Below, piece after piece: positions 47,164 through 57,513 of a DNA stretch of 64,000 nt. Origin of the DNA: Patescibacteria group bacterium (GTDB lineage: Bacteria > Patescibacteriota > Microgenomatia > UBA8517); assembly GCA_025999275.1 (NCBI GenBank), contig AP024680.1:419578-483577 (forward strand), given 5' to 3'. Both the position numbers and the translations under genes were made by a program. The notes under the pieces are model-generated. The model made no database searches. It saw only the letters and a program-made list of their open reading frames with translations, and had not been told where the DNA came from. Positions within the stretch are counted from its first letter, which is position 1; each line of letters begins with the position of its first letter.

Positions 47164-48240
47164 ATGAAAATTGCTTTTTTAAATATTTATAACGGTATAG
47201 TCAATAGAGGGGCAGAAACTTTTGTTAAAGAATTAGCTAGTCGTTTGACTTTAAAACACAAAGTGACTGTTTTTCAATCAGGGGGTAAAGAGGGTTTTGA
47301 AAGATATGAAGTTGAAAAGATAAATATAAATTTTGAAAGCAATAGAGGACTAAAATCTTTTTTTATTTTGCGTCGTCTTTTTCTTGACTATCAAAACAGA
47401 TCTATTTTGGTTTTTACATTAAAATCTTTACCTAAAATTTTAAAAGAAAAATATGACGTTGTTATTCCTGTTAATGGTGGTTGGATGCCGGCAATATTAA
47501 GAATTGCAACCTGGCTTTATGGAGGGAAAATGGTTATTTCGGGGCAATCGGGAATTGGTTGGGATGACAGGAACAACCTTTGGTGTTTTCCTGATGTTTT
47601 TGTAGCTCTTTCAACTTATGCCAAAAATTGGGCTAAAAAAGCTAATCCTTTTGTAAAAGTTACATATATACCAAATGGAGTTGATACTAATAAATTCAAA
47701 GATGAAAGAAAGGCAAAGAAAAAGGATAAAAGAAAAACTATTTTGGCAGTAGGGGCTTTTGTTTCTGATAAAAGGCTAAATCTTGCAATAGATGCAGTTG
47801 CAAAAATTAAGGATGCAAAGTTGATTATTGCAGGTGGAGGTGGAGATTTAAAAGAAGAAATATTTAAGTATGGAATGAAAAAACTTGGAAAGGATAGGTT
47901 TGAAGTATTAAGCGTTTCTTATGAACAAATGCCTGAGGTCTATCAGATGGCTGATGTTTTTACTCTTCCTTCAAGGTCTTCTGAGGCTTTTGGGAATGTT
48001 TTAGTTGAGGCTATGGCGACTGGTCTTCCTGTGGTGGCGACAAATGATCCGATAAGACAGGAGATTGTAGGCAGGGCTGGAATTTTGATCGACCCGACTG
48101 ATGTTGATCAATATGCAAAGGCCTTAAAACAGGCTCTTGAAAAAAAATGGGGAAATCTACCCAGAAAACAAGCGGAGAAGTTTGGTTGGGATAAAGTTTC
48201 GATTTTATATGAAGAAATATTTAAAGAGGTTTCTAAATAA
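47164..48240 (+). CDS. glycosyltransferase family 4 (GT-B)
   Basis: 'SEAFGNVLVEAMATGLPVVATN'. Confidence 0.85.
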   Translation: MKIAFLNIYNGIVNRGAETFVKELASRLTLKHKVTVFQSGGKEGFERYEVEKININFESNRGLKSFFILRRLFLDYQNRSILVFTLKSLPKILKEKYDVVIPVNGGWMPAILRIATWLYGGKMVISGQSGIGWDDRNNLWCFPDVFVALSTYAKNWAKKANPFVKVTYIPNGVDTNKFKDERKAKKKDKRKTILAVGAFVSDKRLNLAIDAVAKIKDAKLIIAGGGGDLKEEIFKYGMKKLGKDRFEVLSVSYEQMPEVYQMADVFTLPSRSSEAFGNVLVEAMATGLPVVATNDPIRQEIVGRAGILIDPTDVDQYAKALKQALEKKWGNLPRKQAEKFGWDKVSILYEEIFKEVSK

Positions 48241-49477
48241 TAAAAATAATTTATTACTGTTTTTGATTTTGCTTTTTGCCTTTTTGGTTAGGTTTTATAA
48301 TTTTTCTAACAGAGTTACTTTTGGGCCCGAGCAGGCTATTAGTTTGATAACATCTGGTAGAATGATAAATAAAGGTTTGAGTTTGTTGGGTCAAGAAAAT
48401 GTTCAAAGGATAACTTCAGATGGACATAAATTGTTTTCTGGGGTTCTTTTTACTTATTCTCTTATACCCCTTCAAATATTGTTTAGATTTCAAGTATTAC
48501 CTATTACTGCTTATTTTTCTGTATTAAATCTATTTACTGGGATTGTTTTGTACATAATGGTCAGGAGATTATTATCTGAAAAAGTGGCTTTGATTTCTCT
48601 TGTTTTGTTTTTATTTAATAGTTTAATGATTTATCACTCTTTGTTTATATGGATTTTAAATTATATGCCTCTTATTGGAATTTTGAGTTTTTATTTTTTA
48701 ATTAGGTTCAGGAAAGAAAAATCTTTTGTTTATTTGATAATGTTAGGAATTTTAACAGGTGTGGGAATTTCTTTGGAGTATGTTTATTTATTTTTCGCTT
48801 TTATTATTTTGTTTTTTGTGCTTAAATATTCAAAGAAAAAATTTTTGTCTTTGTTTATTTTCGTTTTGTCTACAATTGTTCCCAATTTTCCTACTTTGAT
48901 TTTTGACTTGAGAAATAATTTTTATCATTTTTTTGCTCTTGTTAGATACACTGCTGATGTTTTAGATGGTAGAGCAAAGAGTGGCATTACGTACTACCAT
49001 TTTTTACCGATACTGCCTTTGTTTATAGTGTTCTTCTCATATTTATTGGTAAGAGTATTTGATAGATCTAAATCTTTTTTGTTATTTTTTTTCTTTTTTT
49101 ATATTTTATTTAATTTGAAAAGTGAATTGGTGAATTTTGATTCTCCTACCGGTATGCCTTCTGATCTAACATTACCAAACATAATGAAATCCTCAAGAAT
49201 TATTGCTAAAGATTGCCCTAATAATTTTAACGTTGTTGTTATTAACGACTTTGACACACGTGGTCATATACTGCGTTATCCGCTTGAGTTTATTTGGAAA
49301 TGTTTTCCAAATGGTGTTGAGGATTATCCAAATTCTGATATTATTTACGTTTTATCTCCTGTCGGATATGATTTTACAGAAAACTCTGCCTGGGAGATTA
49401 GAAGTTTTAATTATAAACACAGACAGGAAGTGGCAACGGTGGGTAAAAGTTATAGTTTAGTTAAGTTCTCAAAATGA
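48209..49477 (+). CDS. polytopic membrane protein with C-terminal soluble domain, GT-C-like
   Basis: N-terminal 'FLVRFYNFSNRVTFGPEQA'; start at ATG 48209 (32-nt overlap with upstream GT4). Confidence 0.45.
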   Translation: MKKYLKRFLNNKNNLLLFLILLFAFLVRFYNFSNRVTFGPEQAISLITSGRMINKGLSLLGQENVQRITSDGHKLFSGVLFTYSLIPLQILFRFQVLPITAYFSVLNLFTGIVLYIMVRRLLSEKVALISLVLFLFNSLMIYHSLFIWILNYMPLIGILSFYFLIRFRKEKSFVYLIMLGILTGVGISLEYVYLFFAFIILFFVLKYSKKKFLSLFIFVLSTIVPNFPTLIFDLRNNFYHFFALVRYTADVLDGRAKSGITYYHFLPILPLFIVFFSYLLVRVFDRSKSFLLFFFFFYILFNLKSELVNFDSPTGMPSDLTLPNIMKSSRIIAKDCPNNFNVVVINDFDTRGHILRYPLEFIWKCFPNGVEDYPNSDIIYVLSPVGYDFTENSAWEIRSFNYKHRQEVATVGKSYSLVKFSK

Positions 49478-50313
49478 AAATATCAGTTATTATTCCAACC
49501 TATAATGAAGAAAAAGTTATTCTTGATTGTCTTTCCTCTTTAGATAGTCAGACAATCAAAGGTTTTGAAGTTGTTGTGGTTGATGACGGAAGCGCTGATA
49601 AAACACTTGAGGTTTTAAAAAAAATAAAAAGTAAGAATTATAAATTAAAGATATTAAAGCAAGATCATAAAGGGCCTGGAGCGGCAAGAAATCTTGGAGC
49701 AAAGAACGCAAAAGGTGAAATCCTTGTTTTTGTTGACGCTGATATGACTTTTGATAAGGATTTTTTAAGGAAACTAACCAAGCCTATTGTTTTAGGTAAG
49801 CATAAAGGCACTTTTAGTAAGGAGGAATATGTGGCTAATTGGGAAAATGTTTGGGCAAGATGTTGGAATTTAAATGAAGGTTGGGAAGAAAAAAGAAGAC
49901 ACCCCAAAAATTATCCTGATAAACAGCCAGTGTTTAGGGCAATTTTAAAGTCTGAGTTTGAAAGAGTTGGTGGTTTTACTCCTGGTGGTTATGATGACGA
50001 CTGGAGTCTTTATAAAAAATTGGGATATGAGGCCATAAGTGCACCTGGGGCGATTTTTTATCATAAAAACCCAGAAAGTTTAAAGGAAATCTTTGATCAC
50101 TCAAGGTGGGTGGGGAAGAGAAGATATAAAGCCGGTTTTTTTGGTTATATTGTTGCCTTGGTTAGATCTTCATTGCCTTTTTCTATTTTAGTGGGTCTTG
50201 CCAAGTCAATTAGAAGCTCTAATTTTAGGTTTTTAATTTTCAAAATTGTGTATGATTTTGGTGTTTTCTTGGGAATTTTGGAAATGCTATTTACAGGTAA
50301 AAGAGGAAAGTAG
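49474..50313 (+). CDS. glycosyltransferase family 2
   Basis: 'KISVIIPTYNEEKVILDCLSSL...VVVVDDGSADKT...FVDADM'. Confidence 0.85.
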   Translation: MKISVIIPTYNEEKVILDCLSSLDSQTIKGFEVVVVDDGSADKTLEVLKKIKSKNYKLKILKQDHKGPGAARNLGAKNAKGEILVFVDADMTFDKDFLRKLTKPIVLGKHKGTFSKEEYVANWENVWARCWNLNEGWEEKRRHPKNYPDKQPVFRAILKSEFERVGGFTPGGYDDDWSLYKKLGYEAISAPGAIFYHKNPESLKEIFDHSRWVGKRRYKAGFFGYIVALVRSSLPFSILVGLAKSIRSSNFRFLIFKIVYDFGVFLGILEMLFTGKRGK

Positions 50314-50667
50314 TTATTTTTTCTTTGCTGCTTCTTTTAAGGATATTTCTCTTACAATCTCAGTTATTCTTTGTTCAATATTCTCAATTATAGAAAGTAT
50401 TTTGAAGATAAGCATAAAAGTGACGACGAAACCGAGGAAAATTAATGTGTTTAGATTTTCTCCCATTCCCAATTTTCCTGAGATAAAGTAAGCGAAATCG
50501 GGGAATATTGAAATTATTAGTATTATTCCCCAAATAACAAAAGTTGCCAAGAATTTTAGGATTGATTGACCGGTTTGTTTTTTTAAGAAACGGTTTATTC
50601 TTTCAATAAGCATCAGTGAAGAAAAGATAATTAAAACCCAGCGCATTATGGATATTCCTGCTATCAT
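50314..50667 (-). CDS. small two-TM membrane protein, DUF2304-like (GT2 partner)
   Basis: 117 aa, two hydrophobic helices; immediately downstream of a GtrB/ArnC-type GT2 on the same strand, the usual DUF2304 context. Confidence 0.5.
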   Translation of the reverse strand: MIAGISIMRWVLIIFSSLMLIERINRFLKKQTGQSILKFLATFVIWGIILIISIFPDFAYFISGKLGMGENLNTLIFLGFVVTFMLIFKILSIIENIEQRITEIVREISLKEAAKKK

Positions 50668-50707
50668 ACCTTTATTTTATTAAATTTCAGACTTTAATTC
50701 AAAAAAG

Positions 50708-51385
50708 TTAATAACCAATAATTTTAATTAGCGTCTTGATGCCGTTAATTAAGTTTTGTTTTTGTTTTTTGGAGATAGAGTAGGGAGTATAGAAAACATC
50801 GATTGGTATTTCGCAGAATTTTAGCTTGTTTTTGGCAATTTCTCTTATCACTTCGCTATCGAATTCATACCTGTCAAGTTTTGTATTTATTACCTCTAGT
50901 GCCTTTTTGGAATATGCTCTAAACCCAGATTGAGAATCAGAAACCCAAAGGTTGTAAATAAAAAATACCAGTATATTGGCAATATGATTGGCAATTCTAT
51001 TAAAAAGCGGCATTTTGTTTTTCTTTTTTATGAATCGTGAACCTAATACAATTTCATACCCTCTTTCTATTTTTTCAATCATTTTTCTGATATCTTTGGG
51101 GTTATGCTGACCATCACCGTCGATTGTGACGGCTATTTCTGCCTTTTTTAACTTGGCATATTCAAGTCCAGTTTTAACTGCTGCTCCTTTACCTCGATTT
51201 ATAATGTGTCTTAGAACAACAGCCTTTTCTTTTGAGGCGGTACTTTTAGTTTTGTCTTTGGATCCGTCGTCAACAACGACTATATTTTTAAATCCTTCTT
51301 TTTTAATACCCTTTATTACACCATCAATTACTTTTTCTTCGTTGTATGCGGGAATGATTATAAATACTTTATCTTTTTTTCTCAT
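50708..51385 (-). CDS. GT2 polyprenyl-phosphate sugar transferase (GtrB/ArnC/DPM1-like)
   Basis: 'VFIIIPAYNEEKVI...VVVDDGSKDKT...VTIDGDGQHNP'. Confidence 0.85.
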   Translation of the reverse strand: MRKKDKVFIIIPAYNEEKVIDGVIKGIKKEGFKNIVVVDDGSKDKTKSTASKEKAVVLRHIINRGKGAAVKTGLEYAKLKKAEIAVTIDGDGQHNPKDIRKMIEKIERGYEIVLGSRFIKKKNKMPLFNRIANHIANILVFFIYNLWVSDSQSGFRAYSKKALEVINTKLDRYEFDSEVIREIAKNKLKFCEIPIDVFYTPYSISKKQKQNLINGIKTLIKIIGY

Positions 51386-51467
51386 TTAGTCGATTTTAAC
51401 AAATTTTAATTTTGTACGCATTTTTAGGAAGAAAAATAGCTTCTTAAGTGGTATAATTTAGGTATAA

Positions 51468-51761
51468 ATGGATAATTTTTCAGCCTCTTTTAAGAAACTT
51501 TTTTGGGATGTTGATTTATCATCTCTCGATGAAAACAAAAACAAGGATTTTATTATAGAAAGGGTGCTTGAGTTTGGAAACTTGGAGGATTTTGCTGAGC
51601 TTAAGAAGCATTATGCTCTTGAGGATATAGTTTCGGTTTTGAAGAATTCTTCTAATTTGTCTTACAAAACTGGCAATTTTTATGCTTTAATTTTAGGTGT
51701 GCCAAGAAAGGAGGTTCTATGTTTGAGGAAGCCATTGACACAAAGACAAGACAGGTTTTAG
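51468..51761 (+). CDS. small hypothetical protein, putative partner of downstream AbiEii-like nucleotidyltransferase
   Basis: 97 aa; overlaps downstream gene by 43 nt in a different frame; TGGTATAAT box at 51449-51457. Confidence 0.4.
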   Translation: MDNFSASFKKLFWDVDLSSLDENKNKDFIIERVLEFGNLEDFAELKKHYALEDIVSVLKNSSNLSYKTGNFYALILGVPRKEVLCLRKPLTQRQDRF

Positions 51762-52339
51762 ATAAGATAAAAGAAACAGGAGCTTTGGATAATTTTTATT
51801 TAGCAGGTGGAACTGCCTTGTCTTTAATTTTGGGACACAGAAAATCCATAGATCTTGATTTTTTTTCTGATAAGTTTCCAAAAACAGAAATTTTGCTTGC
51901 CAAGCTTAAAAAACTTTCTCCTGTTGTTATAAATCAGGATAAAGGCACTCTTGATTTATATATTGATGATGTAAAGGTAAGTTTCTTGGAGTATAGGTAT
52001 CCTGTTGTTGGTGATTTTCTTGAGTTTGATGGAGTAAAAATTGCCTCACTTTATGATATTGCTTGTATGAAGTTAACGGCTATTTCCTCTCGTGGTAGTA
52101 AGAAGGATTTTATAGATATTTATTTTATTCTTAAAAAAATCAGTTTTGAAAAACTTCTTGATATTTTCAAGAAAAAATATAAGGGTGTTGATTATCAAAT
52201 GAGCCACATTCTAAAGTCCTTGGTTTATTTTGAAGAAGCCGACACTCAACCAGATCCTCAATTTTTGGTAAATGTTGATTGGGAGGAAGTTAAGAGATTT
52301 TTAGAAAAAGTTGTTACCTTATCTTTCCAATTTTTGTAG
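51719..52339 (+). CDS. nucleotidyltransferase, AbiEii/AbiGii-toxin family-like (DUF1814)
   Basis: 'NFYLAGGTALSLILGHRKSIDLDFFS' matches AbiEii 'GGTAL...R.S.DiDf' N-terminal motif. Confidence 0.55.
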   Translation: MFEEAIDTKTRQVLDKIKETGALDNFYLAGGTALSLILGHRKSIDLDFFSDKFPKTEILLAKLKKLSPVVINQDKGTLDLYIDDVKVSFLEYRYPVVGDFLEFDGVKIASLYDIACMKLTAISSRGSKKDFIDIYFILKKISFEKLLDIFKKKYKGVDYQMSHILKSLVYFEEADTQPDPQFLVNVDWEEVKRFLEKVVTLSFQFL

Positions 52340-52340
52340 T

Positions 52341-54059
52341 TTATAAAGGAATATTTATCCAATTTGAGCAAAAATCTTCATAGCTTAGATTTTCTAAATC
52401 ATAGTATTTAAGATAATGGAATCTTCTGTAAACATCTTTGCTGATTCCTTGGCAAATGTCACTGTTGTAAATATTAATTATTACGCCAGCATCTTTTTGG
52501 TCGATTATGGTAAAAGTTGGTTTAAATGGAATATCGCATGCTAATCTTGAACTTTTTATATAAATTGTGTTCTTGCTTATAGTTTCTGGGCAAAGTTTGG
52601 TAAATGTTATACTTCCCAATTGGTATTCTTTGTTTTCCTCAATGTATGGCAAAGGATTTTTGATTGCATCTTTTATATCTTTGTTTTTTGATAAAATTAG
52701 AAATCGGAGTAAGGCTGATCTTGGATTAGGGGTGATTATTTTTACTTCTTTATTTATATCTTTATACTCCAGGTATTTGCAGATCACATTTTCACTTAAC
52801 CAGTATTTTTCCTGTCCAGTTATTGGCATTCTGAATAAGTAGAAGTGATAAAAGTAAGTAATTGATGTTATATATAGGCAGATTAGTATGGGGATGACTA
52901 ATTTTTTAATTTTTTTTGGGACAATGTTAACAAGAAATGTAAAGCCATATGCAGAGAATATTATAATTACAGGGAGTAATAGAAACGATCTGTTAATTAC
53001 GGATATTTCTATTTTACTTATGGCAGTTGGAATTGGGGCGATTACTGCGAGACTGATCAAGAATAGGAATGAATATATCTTCTTTTTATACATTTCAAGT
53101 AAACCTATGGAAATTAAGATTATGTCAATTAGATAAAAAAGTCCGTGGTATTCAAATCTATATAATGCTCTAGTATCCCCACTTATAAAAATTACTTCAG
53201 GGGAAAAGGCACTCAGGTATTGTTTAGTTTTTTGTCTAAATGACTCGGTATATTTATTTATAAAAATATTTGTCAAAGGGTTTTGGATTATTTGTGTTCG
53301 GTTTTTGTTTACAGAAGATATTATTTCAGGAGTGAATAACGATATTTCTTTCGATCTAGCATTTATGTCTGAATTGGGTAGATTTAGACTAATAATTAGA
53401 TATGTTAGAAGAAAGATTGTGGTTAGGATTGTAATTATTATAAATTCTTTAGGCTTTATTTTCTTATCGACCTTTTTCTTAAACAGTAGGGTTATAAGTA
53501 GGATTGGTAAGAGTATTATCTTACCTCCGTGGTAGGAGAAAAAAGCCATTATAAGAATTAAGAATGGAATAATTAATTTCCAGCCGTTAAAAATTAGCAG
53601 TGTTGCTATGAAAGATAAGTAAAAAAGAAGCGCGAATGGAGAATCTCCTATATATGTTGAGAGATATATGCTCCAGGGATTTACTAAAAAAAGGATACTT
53701 CCCAATAAGGCTGTTTTTTTACTATTTGTTAACCTTAATGTAAGTATGTAAACGAAAAAGGCAGTTATTAGATTGACAAACATATATAAGATTCTGAGGT
53801 TGGTAACATTGAATTTGATAATTTTTAGTGGTACTGATGTTAAAATTGGGGGGATAGCGCTAATTTTCCCATAGGTTTGACTTTCAAAAAGAGATATGGG
53901 GAATCTTGAACCTGAAATATCCCGATTATATAAGGAATAGCTTTCTGCACTTATTGCGTATTCTACTTCATCATCTGAGATTCCCGGTGGAATAAGGTTG
54001 ATGGAAAAGAAGCGAATGATGACAATAGCTATTATGGTTATTATGGCGATTTTTTTCAT
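52341..54059 (-). CDS. GT-C fold membrane glycosyltransferase, PMT/ArnT-like paralog
   Basis: 'LIPPGISDDEVEYAISAESYSLYNRDISGSRFPISLF' parallels the tandem paralogs; start at internal ATG (54059) of track ORF. Confidence 0.65.
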   Translation of the reverse strand: MKKIAIITIIAIVIIRFFSINLIPPGISDDEVEYAISAESYSLYNRDISGSRFPISLFESQTYGKISAIPPILTSVPLKIIKFNVTNLRILYMFVNLITAFFVYILTLRLTNSKKTALLGSILFLVNPWSIYLSTYIGDSPFALLFYLSFIATLLIFNGWKLIIPFLILIMAFFSYHGGKIILLPILLITLLFKKKVDKKIKPKEFIIITILTTIFLLTYLIISLNLPNSDINARSKEISLFTPEIISSVNKNRTQIIQNPLTNIFINKYTESFRQKTKQYLSAFSPEVIFISGDTRALYRFEYHGLFYLIDIILISIGLLEMYKKKIYSFLFLISLAVIAPIPTAISKIEISVINRSFLLLPVIIIFSAYGFTFLVNIVPKKIKKLVIPILICLYITSITYFYHFYLFRMPITGQEKYWLSENVICKYLEYKDINKEVKIITPNPRSALLRFLILSKNKDIKDAIKNPLPYIEENKEYQLGSITFTKLCPETISKNTIYIKSSRLACDIPFKPTFTIIDQKDAGVIINIYNSDICQGISKDVYRRFHYLKYYDLENLSYEDFCSNWINIPL

Positions 54060-54121
54060 TATCGTTTTTATTATACATTTTTCTCTTAATATTAATCTTT
54101 TTGTATGAGATAATAGGAAAA

Positions 54122-55210
54122 ATGAGAATAGGGATTGATATATCACAGATCGTTTATAAAACTGGTGTTTCAACATACACGGAAAACCTAGTCAAGTCTT
54201 TGCTTGAAGTGGACAAGGAAAATGAATACCTCCTTTTTGGTGGTTCTTTAAGAAGAAGAGAGGGTTTGATTACATTTGCCAGGGAGCTTGATTATAAATA
54301 TGGTTCTCGTGTTAAAAGTCGTATCTTTCATTTTCCTCCCACTTTTCTTGATTTGATTTGGAATAAATGGCATATATTGCCAGTTGAAACTTTTACTGGC
54401 AGACTCAATGTTTTTCATTCTTCAGATTGGGTTCAACCGCCTAGCTATTCTTTTAGAGTAACAACAATTCACGATCTTTCTCCTTTGAGGTTTCCAAAGC
54501 TTACAGACCCCAAAATAGTTGAAGTAACCAAAAATAGGCTAAAGTGGATTAAAAAAGAAGTTGATAGGATTATTGTCCCAAGCCAAGCTACTCGTGAAGA
54601 CCTCTTGCTTTTGAAGTTTGATAAAAAAAAGATAAGAGTAATTCCAGAGGCTGTTGATCCATTTTTTAAAGAGATTGGGCAGAAAGAAAAAGATGCTGTT
54701 AAAAGAAAGTATAGGGCTGAGAAGTTTATTTTGGCTGTTGGGACCAATAAGAGGAAAAATTTGGAAAGAGTTATTTCTGCTTTTGATTTGGTTAGAGCTG
54801 GCAAGGGATTAAAGCTTATTGTGGTAGGAGAAAAACCAGAACCTCATCCAACTATTAGAGGGGTTGTTTTTGCTGGCCATATTAGCAAGGAAGAGCTAAG
54901 GCGGCTTTATAATTCTGCTGAAGCTTTGGTTTACCCCTCACTTTATGAGGGTTTTGGTTTGCCAATTTTGGAAGCTTTTGCCTGTGGATGCCCTGTGGTA
55001 ACCTCCAATCTTTCAAGCATGCCTGAGGTTTCAGGTAAGGCGGCAATTCTGGTTGATCCCTATAGTGAATCTTCTATAGCAGATGGCATTAAAAAGGCAT
55101 TATTAAGAAGAAAGAGTTTAGCAAGAATGGGGAAGAGCAGGTTGTCTTTATTTTCTTGGCAGGAAACAGCTAAGAAAACTCTTGAGGTTTACAAGGAGGC
55201 TTTCTTATGA
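54122..55210 (+). CDS. glycosyltransferase family 4 (GT-B)
   Basis: 'YEGFGLPILEAFACGCPVVTSN'; divergent from the GT-C gene. Confidence 0.85.
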   Translation: MRIGIDISQIVYKTGVSTYTENLVKSLLEVDKENEYLLFGGSLRRREGLITFARELDYKYGSRVKSRIFHFPPTFLDLIWNKWHILPVETFTGRLNVFHSSDWVQPPSYSFRVTTIHDLSPLRFPKLTDPKIVEVTKNRLKWIKKEVDRIIVPSQATREDLLLLKFDKKKIRVIPEAVDPFFKEIGQKEKDAVKRKYRAEKFILAVGTNKRKNLERVISAFDLVRAGKGLKLIVVGEKPEPHPTIRGVVFAGHISKEELRRLYNSAEALVYPSLYEGFGLPILEAFACGCPVVTSNLSSMPEVSGKAAILVDPYSESSIADGIKKALLRRKSLARMGKSRLSLFSWQETAKKTLEVYKEAFL

Positions 55211-56346
55211 TTGTTATTGGCATAGATGGAAATGAGGCTAATATTGCCCAAAGGGTGGGGGTTAATATTTATGCCTTTAATTTGCTTCAAGCTCTGCATA
55301 AACTACAGGATGAAATATCTAAAGACTATAGGTTTGTGATATATTTGGCGGAAAAACCACTCCCTGACATGCCAAAAGAGGTAAAAGGTTTTTGGGAATA
55401 CAAAATCATTCCCGGTAAGGGATTATGGATAATTAAAAAACTAATGCCTTATCTTTGGTTAAACAAAGATCATATCGATCTTTTATTTACCCCAAGTCAT
55501 TATACTGTTCCTCTTTTGCCAATTTCAAGAGTAGTCTCGATAACAGATTTAGGATACCTTGAATTTTCGGAACAATTTGAAAAAAAAGTGTTTTGGCAGT
55601 TAAAGTATTGGAGTGCTATCTCAATTTTTGTATCAAAAGGTATCATTGCTATTTCTAAGAATACTGCTGATGACATTTTACGACATTATCCTTTTGCCTC
55701 AAAGAAGATCAAAGTTACTCATTTAGCGTATGACAATAGCAGGTTTTACTTTCCAATACCCAAAAAAAATGTGCGACAAGTCAAAAGAAAGTATAAAATT
55801 GATAAAAACTATATCCTTTACCTTGGAACCCTTAAACCAAGTAAGAATGTCGAAGGATTAATTGATGCTTTTGATATTGTTTCCAAAGATTTTCCTGATC
55901 TTCAGTTGGTAATAGCCGGCAAAAAAGGTTGGCTTTTTGAATCTATATTTAAAAAAGTTGAAAGCCTGGGACTTGAAAGAAAAGTTATATTTACCGATTT
56001 TATTAGCGAAGATGATAAGGCTCCTCTTATGGCAGGAGCGTCTGTTTTTGTTTGCCCTTCTTTTTGGGAGGGTTTTGGTTTAATTGCCCTTGAAGCGATG
56101 GCTTGTGGGACGCCGGTTGTGGTTTCAAATATAGCCAGTTTTCCTGAAGTTGTGGGTGATGCTGGAATTTTAGTTGATCCTTACAAAAAAGAGTCTATTG
56201 CTAAAGGAATTTCTAAAGTTCTTAAAATGAATTCTTTAGAGTATAATAAGCTAGTTGAGGCCGGTTTGAAACAAGCTGCTCTTTTCTCTTGGGAAAAGAC
56301 TGCTAAAGAGACTTTATCTTTTTTGAAAGATATTGTTAAAAAATGA
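55207..56346 (+). CDS. glycosyltransferase family 4 (GT-B)
   Basis: 'WEGFGLIALEAMACGTPVVVSN'. Confidence 0.85.
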   Translation: MIVIGIDGNEANIAQRVGVNIYAFNLLQALHKLQDEISKDYRFVIYLAEKPLPDMPKEVKGFWEYKIIPGKGLWIIKKLMPYLWLNKDHIDLLFTPSHYTVPLLPISRVVSITDLGYLEFSEQFEKKVFWQLKYWSAISIFVSKGIIAISKNTADDILRHYPFASKKIKVTHLAYDNSRFYFPIPKKNVRQVKRKYKIDKNYILYLGTLKPSKNVEGLIDAFDIVSKDFPDLQLVIAGKKGWLFESIFKKVESLGLERKVIFTDFISEDDKAPLMAGASVFVCPSFWEGFGLIALEAMACGTPVVVSNIASFPEVVGDAGILVDPYKKESIAKGISKVLKMNSLEYNKLVEAGLKQAALFSWEKTAKETLSFLKDIVKK

Positions 56347-56948
56347 AAAGCTTTTTTAAAGATAAAAATGGGAAGCCTCTCTCTTGGGGTGAGGCTATCA
56401 AAAAAATTTATAATCGTTTTCTGAATATTTTTCTTGATTTTGAGCTTATGCTTCTTCGTTGGGTGGGCCATATTCCTCTCCATTCAGTTAGAAGGTTTTT
56501 TTATTCTTTAGCTGGCATTAAGATGGGTAGGGGTTCTACTATTCATATGTGGGCAAACTTTTTCAATCCAAAGAATATCTCTATTGGCGAGGATACTATC
56601 ATTGGGGATCATGTTTTTATAGATGGGAGAGATAAAGTTAAAATTGGCAGTCACACCGATATTGCCTCCTCTGTCATGATTTATAACTCTGAACACGATT
56701 TGGGGGATGAAGAGTTTAAAGCACGAGAGGAACCAGTTGAAATAGGAGATTATTGTTTTATTGGTCCAAGATCAATTATTTTGCCGGGAGTAAAGATTGG
56801 CAAAGGGGCGGTTGTTGCAGCCGGTGCTGTTGTTACAAAAGATGTTGGTAATTTGGAAATTGTTGGTGGTGTACCTGCCAAGGTTATTGGTGTAAGGAAG
56901 GTTAAAAAACTCAATTATCGTTTGGGTAGGGCTCGCCTTTTCCAATAA
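56343..56948 (+). CDS. left-handed beta-helix (hexapeptide-repeat) sugar O-/N-acetyltransferase
   Basis: 'IGDHVFIDGRDKVKIGSHTDIASSVMIYNSEHD...IGDYCFIGPRSIILPGVKIGKGAVVAAGAVV'. Confidence 0.85.
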   Translation: MKSFFKDKNGKPLSWGEAIKKIYNRFLNIFLDFELMLLRWVGHIPLHSVRRFFYSLAGIKMGRGSTIHMWANFFNPKNISIGEDTIIGDHVFIDGRDKVKIGSHTDIASSVMIYNSEHDLGDEEFKAREEPVEIGDYCFIGPRSIILPGVKIGKGAVVAAGAVVTKDVGNLEIVGGVPAKVIGVRKVKKLNYRLGRARLFQ

Positions 56949-56949
56949 T

Positions 56950-57513
56950 ATGCTGCGTTTTTTAAAAGTCTTGCTTTCCTTTTTTTCTATAATTTTCCTT
57001 TTGTATTTAATTTGGCCTTTTGAGCCCAAAAGAATAGATGATTTTTCTGCACTTCCTCAATCAACAAAGTCTGACCTAACTGGGGATACCATTGAAGTTC
57101 CCAATGTTGCTGCTTATTTTTCTAACAACTACCGAAATTTTGTCACTAAGTACTATCGCAATGAATTTCAGTACAAAACAAAGTTTCCTTTTCCTCCCCT
57201 GACCTTAAATCATCCTCCAGAATATGCTTTTAATTATATTAAAGATCAAACTCAAAGTACTTATCTTGAGGAATATGTTTATCCGCTAAGAGGTTCGTTG
57301 TTTGTTAATGGTCTTGAGCCATTTGATGAAAAAACAAAGAAGCCTAGATACTCTGCTGCTAGTCATTTTTCAGCTGGTGGGATGCTTTATGAAACGAAAG
57401 TTACACTAAGGTATTACCCAACAAAGATAATAAACAGGATTGGGGTTTGGTCAGGAATTAATTTGATAGTGGTTTTTTTGTGGAAATTATCACGTAAATT
57501 GGTAAATGGTTGA
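56950..57513 (+). CDS. hypothetical membrane-anchored/secreted protein
   Basis: N-terminal hydrophobic helix then soluble domain. Confidence 0.35.
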   Translation: MLRFLKVLLSFFSIIFLLYLIWPFEPKRIDDFSALPQSTKSDLTGDTIEVPNVAAYFSNNYRNFVTKYYRNEFQYKTKFPFPPLTLNHPPEYAFNYIKDQTQSTYLEEYVYPLRGSLFVNGLEPFDEKTKKPRYSAASHFSAGGMLYETKVTLRYYPTKIINRIGVWSGINLIVVFLWKLSRKLVNG

